This document shows positions 13,678 through 26,279 of a stretch of DNA of 64,000 nucleotides, piece by piece. The translations under genes and the position numbers were made by a program. Each line of letters opens with the position of its first letter. The stretch's first letter is position 1. The notes under the pieces were generated by a model. It saw nothing but the letters and a program-made list of their open reading frames with translations. It was not told the origin of the DNA and made no database searches. The DNA comes from Octopus sinensis (taxonomy: Eukaryota), in assembly GCF_006345805.1 (NCBI RefSeq), contig NW_021836306.1, forward strand, positions 3,243-67,242, written 5' to 3'.

Positions 13678-14505
13678 GCACAGTAATAAGAGACCCGGGT
13701 GAATGAAGAAGAATGCAAATGCCATGAATGTATTATGAATGCCCTCGATTGATGCAAGAAGCTCTGCAATGACATCTGGACCCAATGTTGAGACTGGAGA
13801 AGTTTCAGAGCAGAAGTTGACTGGAAAGGAAATCCAAAATTCAGTAATAAGAGACCGGGTGAATGAAGAAGAATGCAAATGCATGAATTGTATATGAATG
13901 CCCTCGATTGATGCAAGAAGCTTGCAATGACATCTGGACCCAATTTGTTGAGACTGGAGAAGTTTCAGAGCAGAAGTTGACTGGAAATGGAAATCCAAAA
14001 TCTTCAGTAATAAGAGACCCGGGTGAATGAAGAAGAATGCAAATGCCATGAATTGTATTATGAATGCCCTCGATTGATGCAAGAAGCTCTGCAATGACAC
14101 TGGACCCAATTTGTTGAGACTGGAGAAGTTTCAGAGCAGAAGTTGACTGGAAATGAAATCCAAAATCTTCAGTAATAAGAGACCCGGTGAATGAAGAAGA
14201 ATGCAAATGCCATGAATTGTATTATGAATGCCCTCGATTGATGCAAGAAGCTCTGCAATGACATCTGGACCCAATTTGTTGAGACTGGAGAAGTCAGAGC
14301 AGAAGTTGACTGGAAATGGAAATCCAAAATCTTCAGTAATAAGAGACCCGGGTGAATGAAGAAGAATGCAAATGCCATGAATTGTATTATGAATGCCCTC
14401 GATTGATGCAAGAAGCTCTGCAATGACATCTGGACCCAATTTGTTGAGACTGGAGAAGTTTCAGAGCAGAAGTTGACTGGAAATGGAAATCCAAAATCTT
14501 CAGTA
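13678..14505. repeat. Tandem repeat, about 167-bp unit x5
   Basis: CTTCAGTAATAAGAGACCC recurs at about 13678, 13839, 14002, 14167, 14331 and 14498. Confidence 0.95.
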
Positions 14506-15045
14506 AATCCTGATCTTCATCTAAATCTTAATTTGGTGATTCAATACTGTTGATCTTTTAATATTTACTGAGATTATTTTTCTCTGGAGGATATATATAT
14601 ATATATTCTTTTTTCCCCACGATCTTAGACCCCTCCTTGGAGTCAGCATCCTGTCCAGCAGACCCCAAAAATTCTTTTCTTCTTCTTCCCTCTCCCTTCC
14701 CCTCTTTTTCTTTAGCACTCATCCCAAAATACAAAAACACACACACACATGCTCTCTCTCTCACTTTCTCCTCATCCTTCTCACCCTCTTGTACTGTCTT
14801 ATATTCCTCCCGACCACTACAAACTCAATACCACTATAAAATGGTCCAAACTCTTCAGCCAGGAACTTAGTTTGATTTGGAAAACCCACTGGAATGGGAG
14901 AAAGTGCTAATACATGATCTAAGTTATATGATGTATAAAAACATGTAATATACAAATAAATATCTGTAAATATAAACCATCCGATTTTCTGAGTACCTCA
15001 TTTCTTCTAATATAAAATACCTGTACATCATCTCCAAACCTCCCA

Positions 15046-15080
<35 letters not shown>

Positions 15081-15349
15081 ATATTATATATATATATATG
15101 TGTATGTATATATATACCACTGATAGTGTTTAGAAGACCTTGTATCTTCTGTGATGGTGTTAATACATGGGACCAATGCCAAGACAGACATTCATCTCAG
15201 TGGAATCTCCTCCTTTCCCCTGGACTGTCCCTTATTAGGGTGTGTACTATGTCTTCTCCCCCCACCCCCACTACACCTCATCATCCACTACAATCCCTAC
15301 AAGTCCATGTTTGGCGGACAGTTTAACATTTATTTTTCTCTCTGTCTGC

Positions 15350-18300
15350 CGAGGATGGGTGGTAGTGGCACCGCGGTACTTTTTCACAAGAGCCTGGATC
15401 TCGAAGTCAAGACAATATTCGTAGACCCGGAGGGCAGACTGGTCGTTCTGGATGTTGACGGCAGCAATGGGTGCGCTTTTCGACTCGTATCAGACTACGC
15501 ACCGCCTTTAACAGGTTGGCTGGATTTCTTTCGACGCTTAGAAGTATTCCTGGGAACGTCTCGTCCTTTACTTTTAGGGGGGGATTGGAATGCTACCTTA
15601 GACATGCATCTAGACTATGTGGGGAGAGACAAAAACAGAAGGGGATGCAAATGCCTCAGAGACCTGCTCAGACGATTCCAACTGTCTGACAGGTACCGAC
15701 TCGACCACCCAAATGCACCAACGTGGACATGGAGCAACCGCAGTGGGTCGTCGAGATCGTATCTAGATAGGATACTGTGTAGGACAGTAGACAGGGATAG
15801 CTTAGGATGTCCACAATTCCACACAGTCAGCTACACGGATCACAAATTCATGACGTGTACGCTAGACTTAGATAAGGCACATAGACAAGGCCCTGGTTAC
15901 TGGAAACTGAACGCATCATTCCCGTCCGGACAAGTTTACAGAGACAGAATCAACACGTTAGTAAAAAGGGCTTTAACGGGAGCCATTGTCAACAACAAAT
16001 GGTGGTTCGCCCTCAAGAGATCAGTAAAAGTGGAAGCAATTAGATATAGCAAGGCACTAGCCGTAGATAGGAATGGAGTAGAGGGTGAGTTAGTTAAGAA
16101 GTTAGAAGAGGCAATAAGAAGCGGCATCGCATCCAACGTTTTTGCGGCAAGGTTGGCCCTTGACCAACACTTCAACGCCAAACACGAAGGGTGTGCTGTC
16201 AGGGCTAGGATGCGTGCTCTAAGGATGGAAGGTGTTGGAGCTGCGAGGGAGGCCCGGGTGGTGGAGGCGCTGCAGGGCAACAAACCCACCATTCGGTCTC
16301 TGGTAGATGAACAAGGGTGCGAATTGCTCGAGCCCAGCAATATGTGCGAGACATTTCAGCGGCACTTTGCTCGACTGTACGGGACGAGTGGTGAGCGTGA
16401 ATGCAGGGTGGACTTCAGTGCCTACCTGCACAGTCTACCACGACTCTCGGCAACAGAGGCAGAGTGCTGCGAAGGTGCCATCACGGCGGCGGAAGTGCGG
16501 GACGCAATAGCAGAATGCTCGAGGGACAAATCGCCGGGTTTTGATGGTCTGCCCTACGAGTTTTACAATTGAATGCCAGACTTGTTTGGAGACGTCTTGG
16601 CAGCGGTATACTGCAACTGGCAGCAAAACGGGAGCATACCCGGTTTTGTGAGTCGAGAGCCGTAACGCTGCTGAAGAAAGATCCAAACAAGGGGAACATT
16701 ATAGATAACTTTAGACCAATCACTCTGCTCAATGCAGACCTGAAAATTTTGACAAAGATGTTAGCCAAGAGGTTGGCGCTTGTCATCGAGAAACTGGTCG
16801 ACAACGCACAAACGTGCGCCATGCCGGGCCGGAGCATCCATGACAACCTCCATCTGATGCGCTACATCATAGACAGGGTAGTTAACGAACCTGGCATGGG
16901 TGGGGCCCTGATCAACTTGGAAGCCTTCGATAGGGTAGACCATCGATACTTGGAGGCAGTCCTGAGAGCAGCTGGTTTCGGTCCCATCTACCGCGGCTGG
17001 ATAGCTGCCTTGTACAGAGGCATCCGTTCGGTAATTCGCGTAAATGGACATCTATCGAGACCTTTCGACATTGCACGTTCGGTCCGTCAGGGATGCCCCC
17101 TCTCGGCGCTTCTATACGTATTGACTCTTGAGCCACTACTGCAGAAGCTGGCGACTCTGAGGGGCATCCCGCGAGAATTGGGATGCGGGACTAGCGTGTC
17201 TGCATACGCGGACGACGTCACCGTCATAGTGTCAAGACACGAACACTGGTCGGCGAAACACTAAAAGACTACGAAGCGGTGACAGGAGCAAAAATCAACC
17301 GGGAAAAGTCAGTGGGCTTGCGGCTCGGCACCTGGAGAAGCAAGCCCATGCCATCCACCAGTACCTCCGTCGTGGGATGCTGGACAGACGGCCTGGTTGA
17401 GTTGCTCGGGGTCTGGTTCGGTCCGGACCTCCAAATGGAGAAAAACTGGAACGAGATAACGAGTAGGGTGGTCACTCTCGCCCAGCAATGGGCCGAGAGG
17501 AAACTGTCCCTAAAAGGTCGGGCGGAGGTGGCGAACACGTACATCGCGTCCGTAATCTACTACCGCCTGACCGTCGTACCTTGTCCCGACCCTACCATCA
17601 CCAAACTAGAACGCATTCTCTTCCGCTTCTTGTGGAAAGGATGCATCTCGATGGTCAGGCAATCCATTTTCTGTCAACACCCGTTAAAAGGAGGGCTGGG
17701 TATGCCATGGTTGATGATGCGCAGACACGCGCTGAGACTGCGACATCTCCGGCTCTATGTAGACGACGGTGAACAGGTGTGGTCGCGTTTTGTGAGGCAC
17801 GCGTTCCCGTAGCTCGTCTCCATGACCGAACTGCAGTCGTGGATCAAAAAGAGGCCGAGGAAGGGCGTATGGCACCGCGGGTCGACCTTGAGTGACTTCA
17901 ACACGACCAAAGCATTCTATAGGGGATTCGTGGAGGGGAGGTACGACGACGATCTTGGGGCAAACCTGGGCGTCGACGAGGAATACCTGACCCACCTGTT
18001 TGAAAAAACTTTCGGGCCAGGACCTATGGACAACTTCCAGAGATCCCTAGCCTGGCGGTGCTACCGTTCGGGATAAACTCTATAGGCATGGCTTGAGAAA
18101 CACGGGGCCGACCTGCCCGAGATGCGGGCAGAGCGACGAAACCGCTCTGCACACAATCGTGCAGTGTCCAACAATCTCCGACCTGTGGGCTTATGTCGAA
18201 CGACTGCTGTCACGTGTGGGACGTGTCGGTTTATCAGCCGAGTCTATCGTTAATATCGTCACGCCTCCTTCCTTCAAACGGGAAGGAAGAGCTATTTTTA

Positions 18301-18898
18301 TCATACTTGTGGCTATGGCGAAAGAATGTATCTGGTGGACGCCTCTGAAAGGATTAGAGACAAACACTTTCCTCTCTGGTCAATCTCTCATCAACTTCTT
18401 CAAGTATAACTTGAAGAGGAAAGTGAGAGTAGAGAGGCAAATTTTGTCTAGTGAATGTTTTAAAAAAAGATGGGTGAATGTAGCAAGGATGGCACGTATG
18501 AATGACGAAGCCACCTTGACTATGATTCTATGAACCGTAAAAATTAATACAGAGAGTTGCTTATTTGCAAAAAAAAAAAAGAAATATAACATGTGACTTC
18601 ATTGACCGAGGTTACCGTGGTCTTTTCCGTAGGCTTTTCTTTCCACAGGTAAACCTCACCTTTCCTCCCCTTTACACTTCATATTGACATTTCTGTGATA
18701 ATGATCCCTATTGATCAAATTTTTTTTCCTTCCCCCCACATTTTTTTTTATTTTATCCCCCCCTTTTTTGTCCTCTTTCTTTCCATTTACGATCCCTTTT
18801 GATCGAAAACCAAACCCCCTTCTTTTACCCTCAAAAGAAAAGCTCTACCTTGTAATATTGTCCTGTCTGTGTGCAGCCCTGTGTGGCTAATAAAGAAA
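15350..18898 (+). mobile_element. Tx1/L1-clade LINE, 5'-truncated ORF2 (APE endonuclease, RT, C-terminal Cys domain) plus 3' UTR
   Basis: GGDWN, SYLDRI, TDHK, GYWKLN, KSPGFDGLP, QGCPLS, YADD, TCPRC motifs across ORFs 15151-18533 with stops and frameshifts; ends at AATAAAGAAAC. Confidence 0.93.
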
Positions 18899-18899
18899 C

Positions 18900-18935
18900 A
18901 TCTCTATCTATCTACCTATCTATCTACCTATCTAC

Positions 18936-18965
<30 letters not shown>
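18900..18965. repeat. (TATC/TACC)n microsatellite at the LINE 3' junction
   Basis: Direct reading. Confidence 0.95.
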
Positions 18966-18966
<1 letters not shown>

Positions 18967-19179
18967 GAAAACGCATGTTATAATTGGAAGAGTTGGTTTC
19001 TTCTGGATTCGCGTTCAAATCTATGATGAGGCAGAGATGGAGAAGGAAAAATATTTACTTATATATATTTCTATATTGGGTAGAAGGGGTTGTCACACAT
19101 CTACCCATCGGCACAAATAGGACGGATGTCTCTTTCCACAACTGAATTAAGTGTGTGTGTGTGTGTGTTAGATTATTTG

Positions 19180-19495
19180 CATGTGTCTTCTGCTATAGCC
19201 CTGGGCCGACTAATGCCTTGTGAGTGGATTTTGCAGACGGAAACTGAAAGAAGCCTGTCGTATATATGTGTGCGTGTGTGTGTTTTTGTCTGTGTTTGTT
19301 CCCTTAGCATTGCTTGACAACCGATGCTGGTGTGTTTACGTCTCGTCACCTAGCGGTTCGGCAAAAAAAGACCGATAGAATAAGTACTGGGCTTACAAAA
19401 AGAATAAGTCCCGGGGTTCGAGTTGCTCGACTAAAGGCGGTGCCCCAGCATGGCCGCGGTCAAATGACTGAAACAAACAAAAAGGGTAAAAGAGT
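19180..19495 (+). mobile_element. CORE-type SINE, 5'-truncated
   Basis: CTATAGCCCTGGGCCGAC...GAAACAAACAAAAAGGGTAAAAGAG. Confidence 0.88.
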
Positions 19496-19726
19496 ATGTG
19501 TGTTTGTGAGTGTGTGTCTTGAGGGTTCAGTGGTAGAATGGGAGGCTTAAACACTCCAAGGATTCTGCCCTGTTACACATAGCACTTCCATAAAGAACAA
19601 AACCCCAGACACTAGTACAGAATAGGGGTTCTTGCTGCTGTAGTGGTTGTTGTAGATTAATACAGAGAAAGAGAGAAGGAGTAAAAGACACACACACACA
19701 CACACACATATATATGTGTGTGTGTG

Positions 19727-20080
19727 TCGGTTTGAACGGCAGTTTTTTCTAGCGGTGTCATATGAAATTGTCACCCATAATTATGACCCTAGAATCGATC
19801 TATTGCATTTCAATCTCTTTTAGGGTTAGGGGTGGGGGGAAGGGTATCTTTTTTTTCTTCACAAATATAAATAAACCCAATCTGTTTCTTAAACGAGGGA
19901 CATATTCATACGGCACAGAATGTTTTTTTTTACCTCAATAGACGTCATTGATTCGTTGAAATTGCAGAAATTTAAGAAAAAATAACAACAAATATCTTAC
20001 AAACTATAGAATTTTCTCAATAAAGCCAAGAGAAAAAGATGTTTTATAAACACATTCTACCAGTATGCGACGTTTAAAAG
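19727..20080 (-). repeat. Dispersed DNA-transposon-like repeat
   Basis: Reverse-complement match to about 10800-11045. Confidence 0.7.
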
Positions 20081-20084
20081 TGTT

Positions 20085-20290
20085 TAGTTACTCTTTACTC
20101 TTTTACTTGTTTCAGTCATTTGACTGCGGCCATGCTGGAGCACCGCCTTTAGTTGAGCAAATCGACCCTGGGACTTATTCTTTGTAAGCCTAGTACTTAT
20201 TCTCTCGGTCTCCTCCGCCGAACCGCTAAGTGACGGGGACGTAAACACACCAGCATTGGTTGTCAAGCGATGTTGGGGGCACAAACACAG
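20085..20290 (-). mobile_element. CORE-type SINE 3' half
   Basis: CTCTTTTACTTGTTTCAGTCATTTGACTGCGGCC...GGTTGTCAAGC. Confidence 0.88.
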
Positions 20291-20299
20291 ACACGCAAG

Positions 20300-20341
<42 letters not shown>

Positions 20342-20731
20342 AATATTGTTATTGTTTTTGTTGAATAAAATTTGTTGAAAAATAGCCGCAATAATTATAC
20401 ACCGACTCAATATCTCATAGATATACACATAATATGGCCACAAGCAGAGAGACGTACACACATGTTTTGTATATGACTGTGTACTTGTGGCTGCATGTGT
20501 TTATATTGGTGAATGTATGTATAAAACGCGTGTTATAATTCTGCGAGTTGGTTTCCTGTGGATTCGCGTTCAAATCCATGACAAGGCAGAGGTAGAGAAG
20601 GAAATCTATTTCCTTATTTCTCTTTCTATATTGAGTAAAAGGATTGCCTCACACCTACACATCTGCACAAATAGGACGGACGTCCCTTTCCATCACTGAA
20701 CGACGTGGGTGTGTACGTGTTGGATTGTTTG

Positions 20732-20783
<52 letters not shown>

Positions 20784-20914
20784 TTGAGGACTCAGTAGTA
20801 GAATGGGAGGCTGAAACACTCCTTGTTAAACATACCACTTCCATAAACAACCAAACCCCAGACACTGGTACAGAGTGGAGGTAGTTGTAAATAAAGACAG
20901 AATGAGAGAGTCAA

Positions 20915-22545
20915 ATCATCATCATCATCATCATTGTTTAGCGTCTGCTTTCCATGCTAGCATGGGTTGGACGGGTCAACTGGGGTCTGTGAAGCTGGAA
21001 GGCTTCGTCAGGCCCAGTCAGATCTGGCAGTGTTTCTATGGCTGGATGCCCTTCCTAACGCCAACCACTCCGCGAGTGTAGTGGGTGTTTTTTACGTGCC
21101 ACTTGCACAGGTGCCAGACAGAGCTGGCGAACGGCCACGAACGGACGGTGATTTTATGTGTCACCGGCACGGGGGCCAGCCGAGGCTGGAAACGGACGCG
21201 AACGGATGGTGCTTTTACGTGCCACCGACACGGTTGCCAGACAGAGCTGGCAAACGGCCACGAGCGGACGGTGCTTTTACGTGTCACCGGCACGGGGGCC
21301 AGCCGAGGCTGGCAACGGACACGGACGCATGGTGCTTTTACGTGCCACCGACACGGGGCCAGACAGAGCTGGCAAACGGCCACGAACGGATGGTGCTTTT
21401 ACGTGTCACCGGCACGGGGGCCAGCCGAGGCTGGCAACGGACGCGAACGGATGGTGCTTTTACGTGCCACCAACACGGTTGCCAGACAGAGCTGGCAAAC
21501 GGCCACGAGCGGATGGTGCTTTTACGTGTCACCGGCACGGGGGCCAGCCGAGGCTGGCAACGGACACGGACGCATGGTGCTTTTACGTGCCACCGACACG
21601 GGGCCAGACAGAGCTGGCAAACGGCCACGAACGGATGGTGCTTTTACATGCCACCGACACGGGGCCAGACAGAGCTGGCAAACGGCCACGAACGGACGGT
21701 GCTTTTACGTGTCACCGGCACGGGGCCAGGCGAGGCTTGCAACGAACACGAACAGATGGTGCTTTTACGTGCCACCGACACGGGGCCAGGCAGAGCTGGC
21801 AAACGGCCATGAGCGAATGGTGCTTTTACGTATCACTGGCACGGGTGCCAGACGAGGCTGACAGCGGACACGAACGGATGGGTCACTTAACCCCTGCTTT
21901 CTGATATATGATTTGATTTTGATTGTTCTCACTAGTCTTGCCGGGTCTTCTCACGCACAGCATACTTCCATAGGTCTCGGTCTCTGGTCATTTCCTTGGT
22001 GAGACCTAGAGTTCGAAGGTCGTGCTTCACCACCTCGACCCAGGTTTTCCTGGGTCTACCTCTTCCACAGGTCCCCTCAACTGCCAGGGTGTGGCACTTT
22101 TTCACACACCTATCTTCATCCATTCTCACCACATGACCATACCAACGCAATTGTCTCTCTTGCACACAACATCTGATTCCTCTTAGGTCCAACTTTTCTC
22201 TCAAGGTACTTACACTCTGTCGACTATGAACACTGACATTACACATCCAACGGAGCATACTAGCTTCATTTCTCGCAAGCTTACGCATGTCCTCAGCAGT
22301 CACGGCCCATGTTTCACTGCCATGTAGCATGGCTGTTCATACACATGCATCATACAGTCTGCCTTTTACTCTGAGCGAGAGGCCTTTAGTCACCAACAGA
22401 GGTAAGAGCTCCCTAAACTTTGCCCAGGCTATTCTTAAGCCGTTACACTTTCAGCACACCCACCCCCACTACTGACTTGGTCACCAAGATAACGGAAGCT
22501 ATCAACTACTTCTAGTTTTTCCCCCTGGAAAGTGACGGAATACAG
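20915..22545 (-). mobile_element. RTE LINE 3' fragment (end of ORF2, expanded 3' UTR, (GAT)n tail)
   Basis: LHGSETWAV...RLRWYGHV...GRGRPRKTW, stop at 21932; tail at about 20915-20935. Confidence 0.88.
21085..21880. repeat. GC-rich minisatellite, about 61-bp unit x13, alternating A/B variants
   Basis: GGTGCTTTTACGTG recurs about every 61 nt; GCCACCGACAC and GTCACCGGCAC variants alternate in the first two-thirds. Confidence 0.93.
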
Positions 22546-23681
22546 ACACATATATATATATATATATGCCGGAGTAAACACATAAATGTAAAACAAGGTG
22601 GAAAAAAGAGTACTTGGCGATGTTTCGCATGTCGTAGCACAAGTTTCCGTCGATTTTCGTAAAAAACTTCTATTTTTTTACATAAGTAATGAGAGCGAAA
22701 GAGACTAAGAGGAAGCGATTTTATGACGAGGAAGTTTCTCTTTGAAGTGCGCGTGTGTGTGTTTGATGGGGTGTGGGAGACAGACAGTATGTTGTGTAAG
22801 TGAAGTGCTTCTGTTAGTGTGTGTGAAGAGACAGAGAGAGTAATGTGTGAAAGAGAGAGATAACTGATTTTTTACTCGGTGTATGTGTATATGTATGTAT
22901 GCATGTATGTGTGTGTGTATGTATCTATGTATGTGTGTGTGTGTAAGTATGTGTGTATGTATGTATGTATGGCCGATTCATCGTAATTACGATGAATCAG
23001 CCATACATACATACACACATACTTTTTCCTTTCTTTTTCACGTCCAAATTAATTATAATTCCTAATTAATGACTTAATTGTGACACATTTTATGTCATTT
23101 AACATTATTTAATTCATAAAAATACTGACAATGTCTCTTTGATTTTAAATAAATAATTTAGACAAAGTTTTTGTCTAAATTTCCCGCCTTTTTCTCCACG
23201 TTTTTTGTCATTCAAATTAGCGTTGCTAGGAAACAAATAGAAACAATTGAACGGGAAGCAGCTGAAGTTATAGAGAGACTCCAGACTGGGCGGTTTGTGT
23301 GATACCAGACCCGAAATATCACCAGATACCCTTAAGCATGGGTTGTCACAGATGGATTTATGTGTGTGCAAGAAGGCTACGTATAATAATGTATAATTAT
23401 ATCTATATATATCTGTAGGTGTATATATATCTGAGTTTGTATATGAATATGCATGTATATATAATATTCTGCTTTGCTGTGCGTATAATTATGATGTATA
23501 TTTATATTCCTATATAAATGTATCGGCAATCCTATACAATAGAGTCAGAAATTATCCAATACCTCAAATATTCCAACATCTTTTGATATTTCTGTTTTAA
23601 ACTTGTACATATACATGAATAAATGTATACACAAACACACATACATATAATATATATATATACACACCTACATTTCTACAG

Positions 23682-23730
<49 letters not shown>

Positions 23731-25239
23731 CCTGTGGATAAATCCCAGCAAGAATCTTCTCAGGCTCTCCAATATTTTACAATTATATAAAGAGAAAGAA
23801 TCGGGGGCCAGGAAGTGGGGCTAAAAATAATCAGAGATTTTAAAAATGTTCTTTTTATTTTTTATAACATAAATGTGTTTCAGAGGGAAAAAATGAGAAA
23901 AAAAAGAAGACAAGGAGGGTGGTGTGCTAGAAACAACAGCCAAATCTACCTTAAATCACACACTTTTTCCCTCGACCCCTTACAAAAAATTTTGCCAACA
24001 AATTTCTTTTTAATCGTAATCTACATCGTTTGAAAGTTATTTCTATAAAATTTCATTCAAAAATACCCATTTTTCTGAAATTTATGAGAAGGGAAAATGT
24101 CTGGTCGTGTGAATTTTGCGAAACTCCTTTCCGCAAACCCTTCAGAAAATGTTTTTCCAACAAATCCTTACAAAAACTCAGTCTACAGGATCTAAGCGAT
24201 TATTTGTTGAAAGTTTCCTTCAAAAAATATCCATTTTTCTGCAAGTTATGAGGAAACAAAGTCGGTGGGGTATATATCTGTAGTTATGCCGAATTTGCTT
24301 CCTCACAACTTTCGCAAAATTAAATATTTTTTAATGAAATTTTCAACAAATATTCTTCAGATGGTTTAGATTCCGATTAAATCGGAATTCATTGTGAAAA
24401 CCGTTTGTCCCTGGGTGGGAAAAGCAGTTTTAGAAAATTAACAAGATTCGCCTTTGTTATGAAAGAAAAAAAGTTTTTCCAATAAATCCCCATAGAATCG
24501 GAATCTACACCATCTGAAGCATATGTGTAGGAAATTCCATGAAAAATATCCATTTCTCTGCAAGTTATTAGGGAAGAAGCATATACATCATCAAGGAATA
24601 TTTATACACATGTATATTTATATATACTTACATATACACACATGTCTTTGCTATGTTTTTTAAACACATAAAACTCATAGATGCATACTTTTATATTTTA
24701 CACTTAAACCGCCACAGGACAATATTTTCAGAGTTGCTTCTTAAAGAGTCCTTCACTTTTTTGATGACAAACGATACAAATTTCAGAGTATTTGGCTGTT
24801 ATTTCTAGCATGATATTAGGCCATCTATAGGACAATATTTGACATGGATGGTTTGTAAATTGTCCTTGGATTTTTATTTGTGATGAAACAAAAATGTGAA
24901 GGTTTAGGTGGCTCTTTCTAGCATTAAATGAGACCATATACAGGTCAATTTTATTTATGAATGCTTCTTATCTGTCCTTCAAATTTTATATGAAAAATAA
25001 AGTGGTTTCTATTTCTAGCATGAAAAATGACCAGCTATGGGAAAGCTTTTACTGAATGCTTCTTAAAGTGTCCTTCTCTTTTTTTATGAACCCCCAACAA
25101 CAACAACAACAACAACCCTACGAGGACGAAAGGCAATGTTTGTGCGTGTGTGCAGTTGGAATGTCACTGCAACAACAACAACAACAATCTATTCTTATTA
25201 AACGTTAAAAACTGCCAGATGCAGACTGCACACACGCCC

Positions 25240-25325
25240 ACACAACGCTGATGACGACGACGATGATGACGATGATTATGATGATGATGATGATGACGAT
25301 GATGATGATGATTATGACGATGGAG
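25240..25325. repeat. (GAT/GAC)n microsatellite with flanking (CAA)n and (GTT)n tracts
   Basis: Direct reading. Confidence 0.9.
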
Positions 25326-26279
25326 GCAGTGGCAGTGGTCGTCTGCTGCTGTTGTTGTTGTTGGTCGATTTAATGGAGAATCAATGATTTTGAAACTCTC
25401 TGGTTTCGGACCAGACATTCCTATACATACATGCTTGCATATATATATATATATATATATATTCAGCCACTTGTCTTCCTCTATCTCTCTCTCTCTCACT
25501 CCTCCTCATCTTTGTCACTGCTAGCCTAAACTACTTCCTTTTACACGCAGCCTTCAAACTGTAAAGACACATTTGTGTTCCCATGCGCTGCCAGAATCTC
25601 CTTCGTCTCAGCCAGAAAAGGCCTTTTCGTTTGTTTCTCTTGTTTGTTTTCTTCTTTATTTCATTTCTCGTATTGTATTTTCTTGTACATGTATTTTTAT
25701 CTTTTATTTTTTTTTAAAGTTTTATTCGTATCGTTTTTACATCCTGTTTGTGTTACATTTTTTTGTTTGTTTTTACCCCTCTGTGAGGTAATTTTATTTT
25801 AATTCTCTCGCAGGAAGGACTAGTTTGGCGAGTCGTGTTCTGTCATGCCTTCGAAACATGCTAGAGTCTAACTAGTGACAACTGATGATAAGGGATTTTT
25901 CCTTGTGTAGTATGTCCTGTACTCTGTTTTTCTGTTGTAAAAAAATGATTTTTCCAGTTTCGTTTCTCGTTGAGTTCTACGTCTAGTTGTGGTGTCCTGT
26001 ACTCACGTATATATATTTATATATGCATAAACATACATACTTATAGCCTTATTTCTATACATACATTCCTAAATATGTGTGTATATATATAAACACATGT
26101 ATATATACTGTATATAAATATACACACACACACAAAGAGAGAGTGGTGAGGAATGTTACAACGATAAGTGTTAGTGTGTAGAATGCAATGTATGCGATGC
26201 AGGTTCGATTCCCAGCGAAGCCATTTACAACAACAACAACAACAAGAAGAAAATTGAAGTTTAATATTTCTGGAAATAT

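Noticed and set aside
13611-14439. Minus-strand ORFs of 86-149 aa
   Set aside because: Read-through of the 167-bp satellite; frames switch with indels
21085-21880. CRISPR-like periodicity here and in the 52-bp arrays
   Set aside because: Units are tandem variants of each other with no unique spacers; no cas genes; eukaryotic context
20967-21904. Three overlapping 250-280-aa ORFs in all + frames
   Set aside because: By-product of a stop-free GC-rich 61-bp tandem unit
23900-25070. Recurring AAATATCCATTTT..CTGCAAGTTAT blocks and short inverted matches
   Set aside because: Appears to be a decayed repeat; boundaries and class could not be defined
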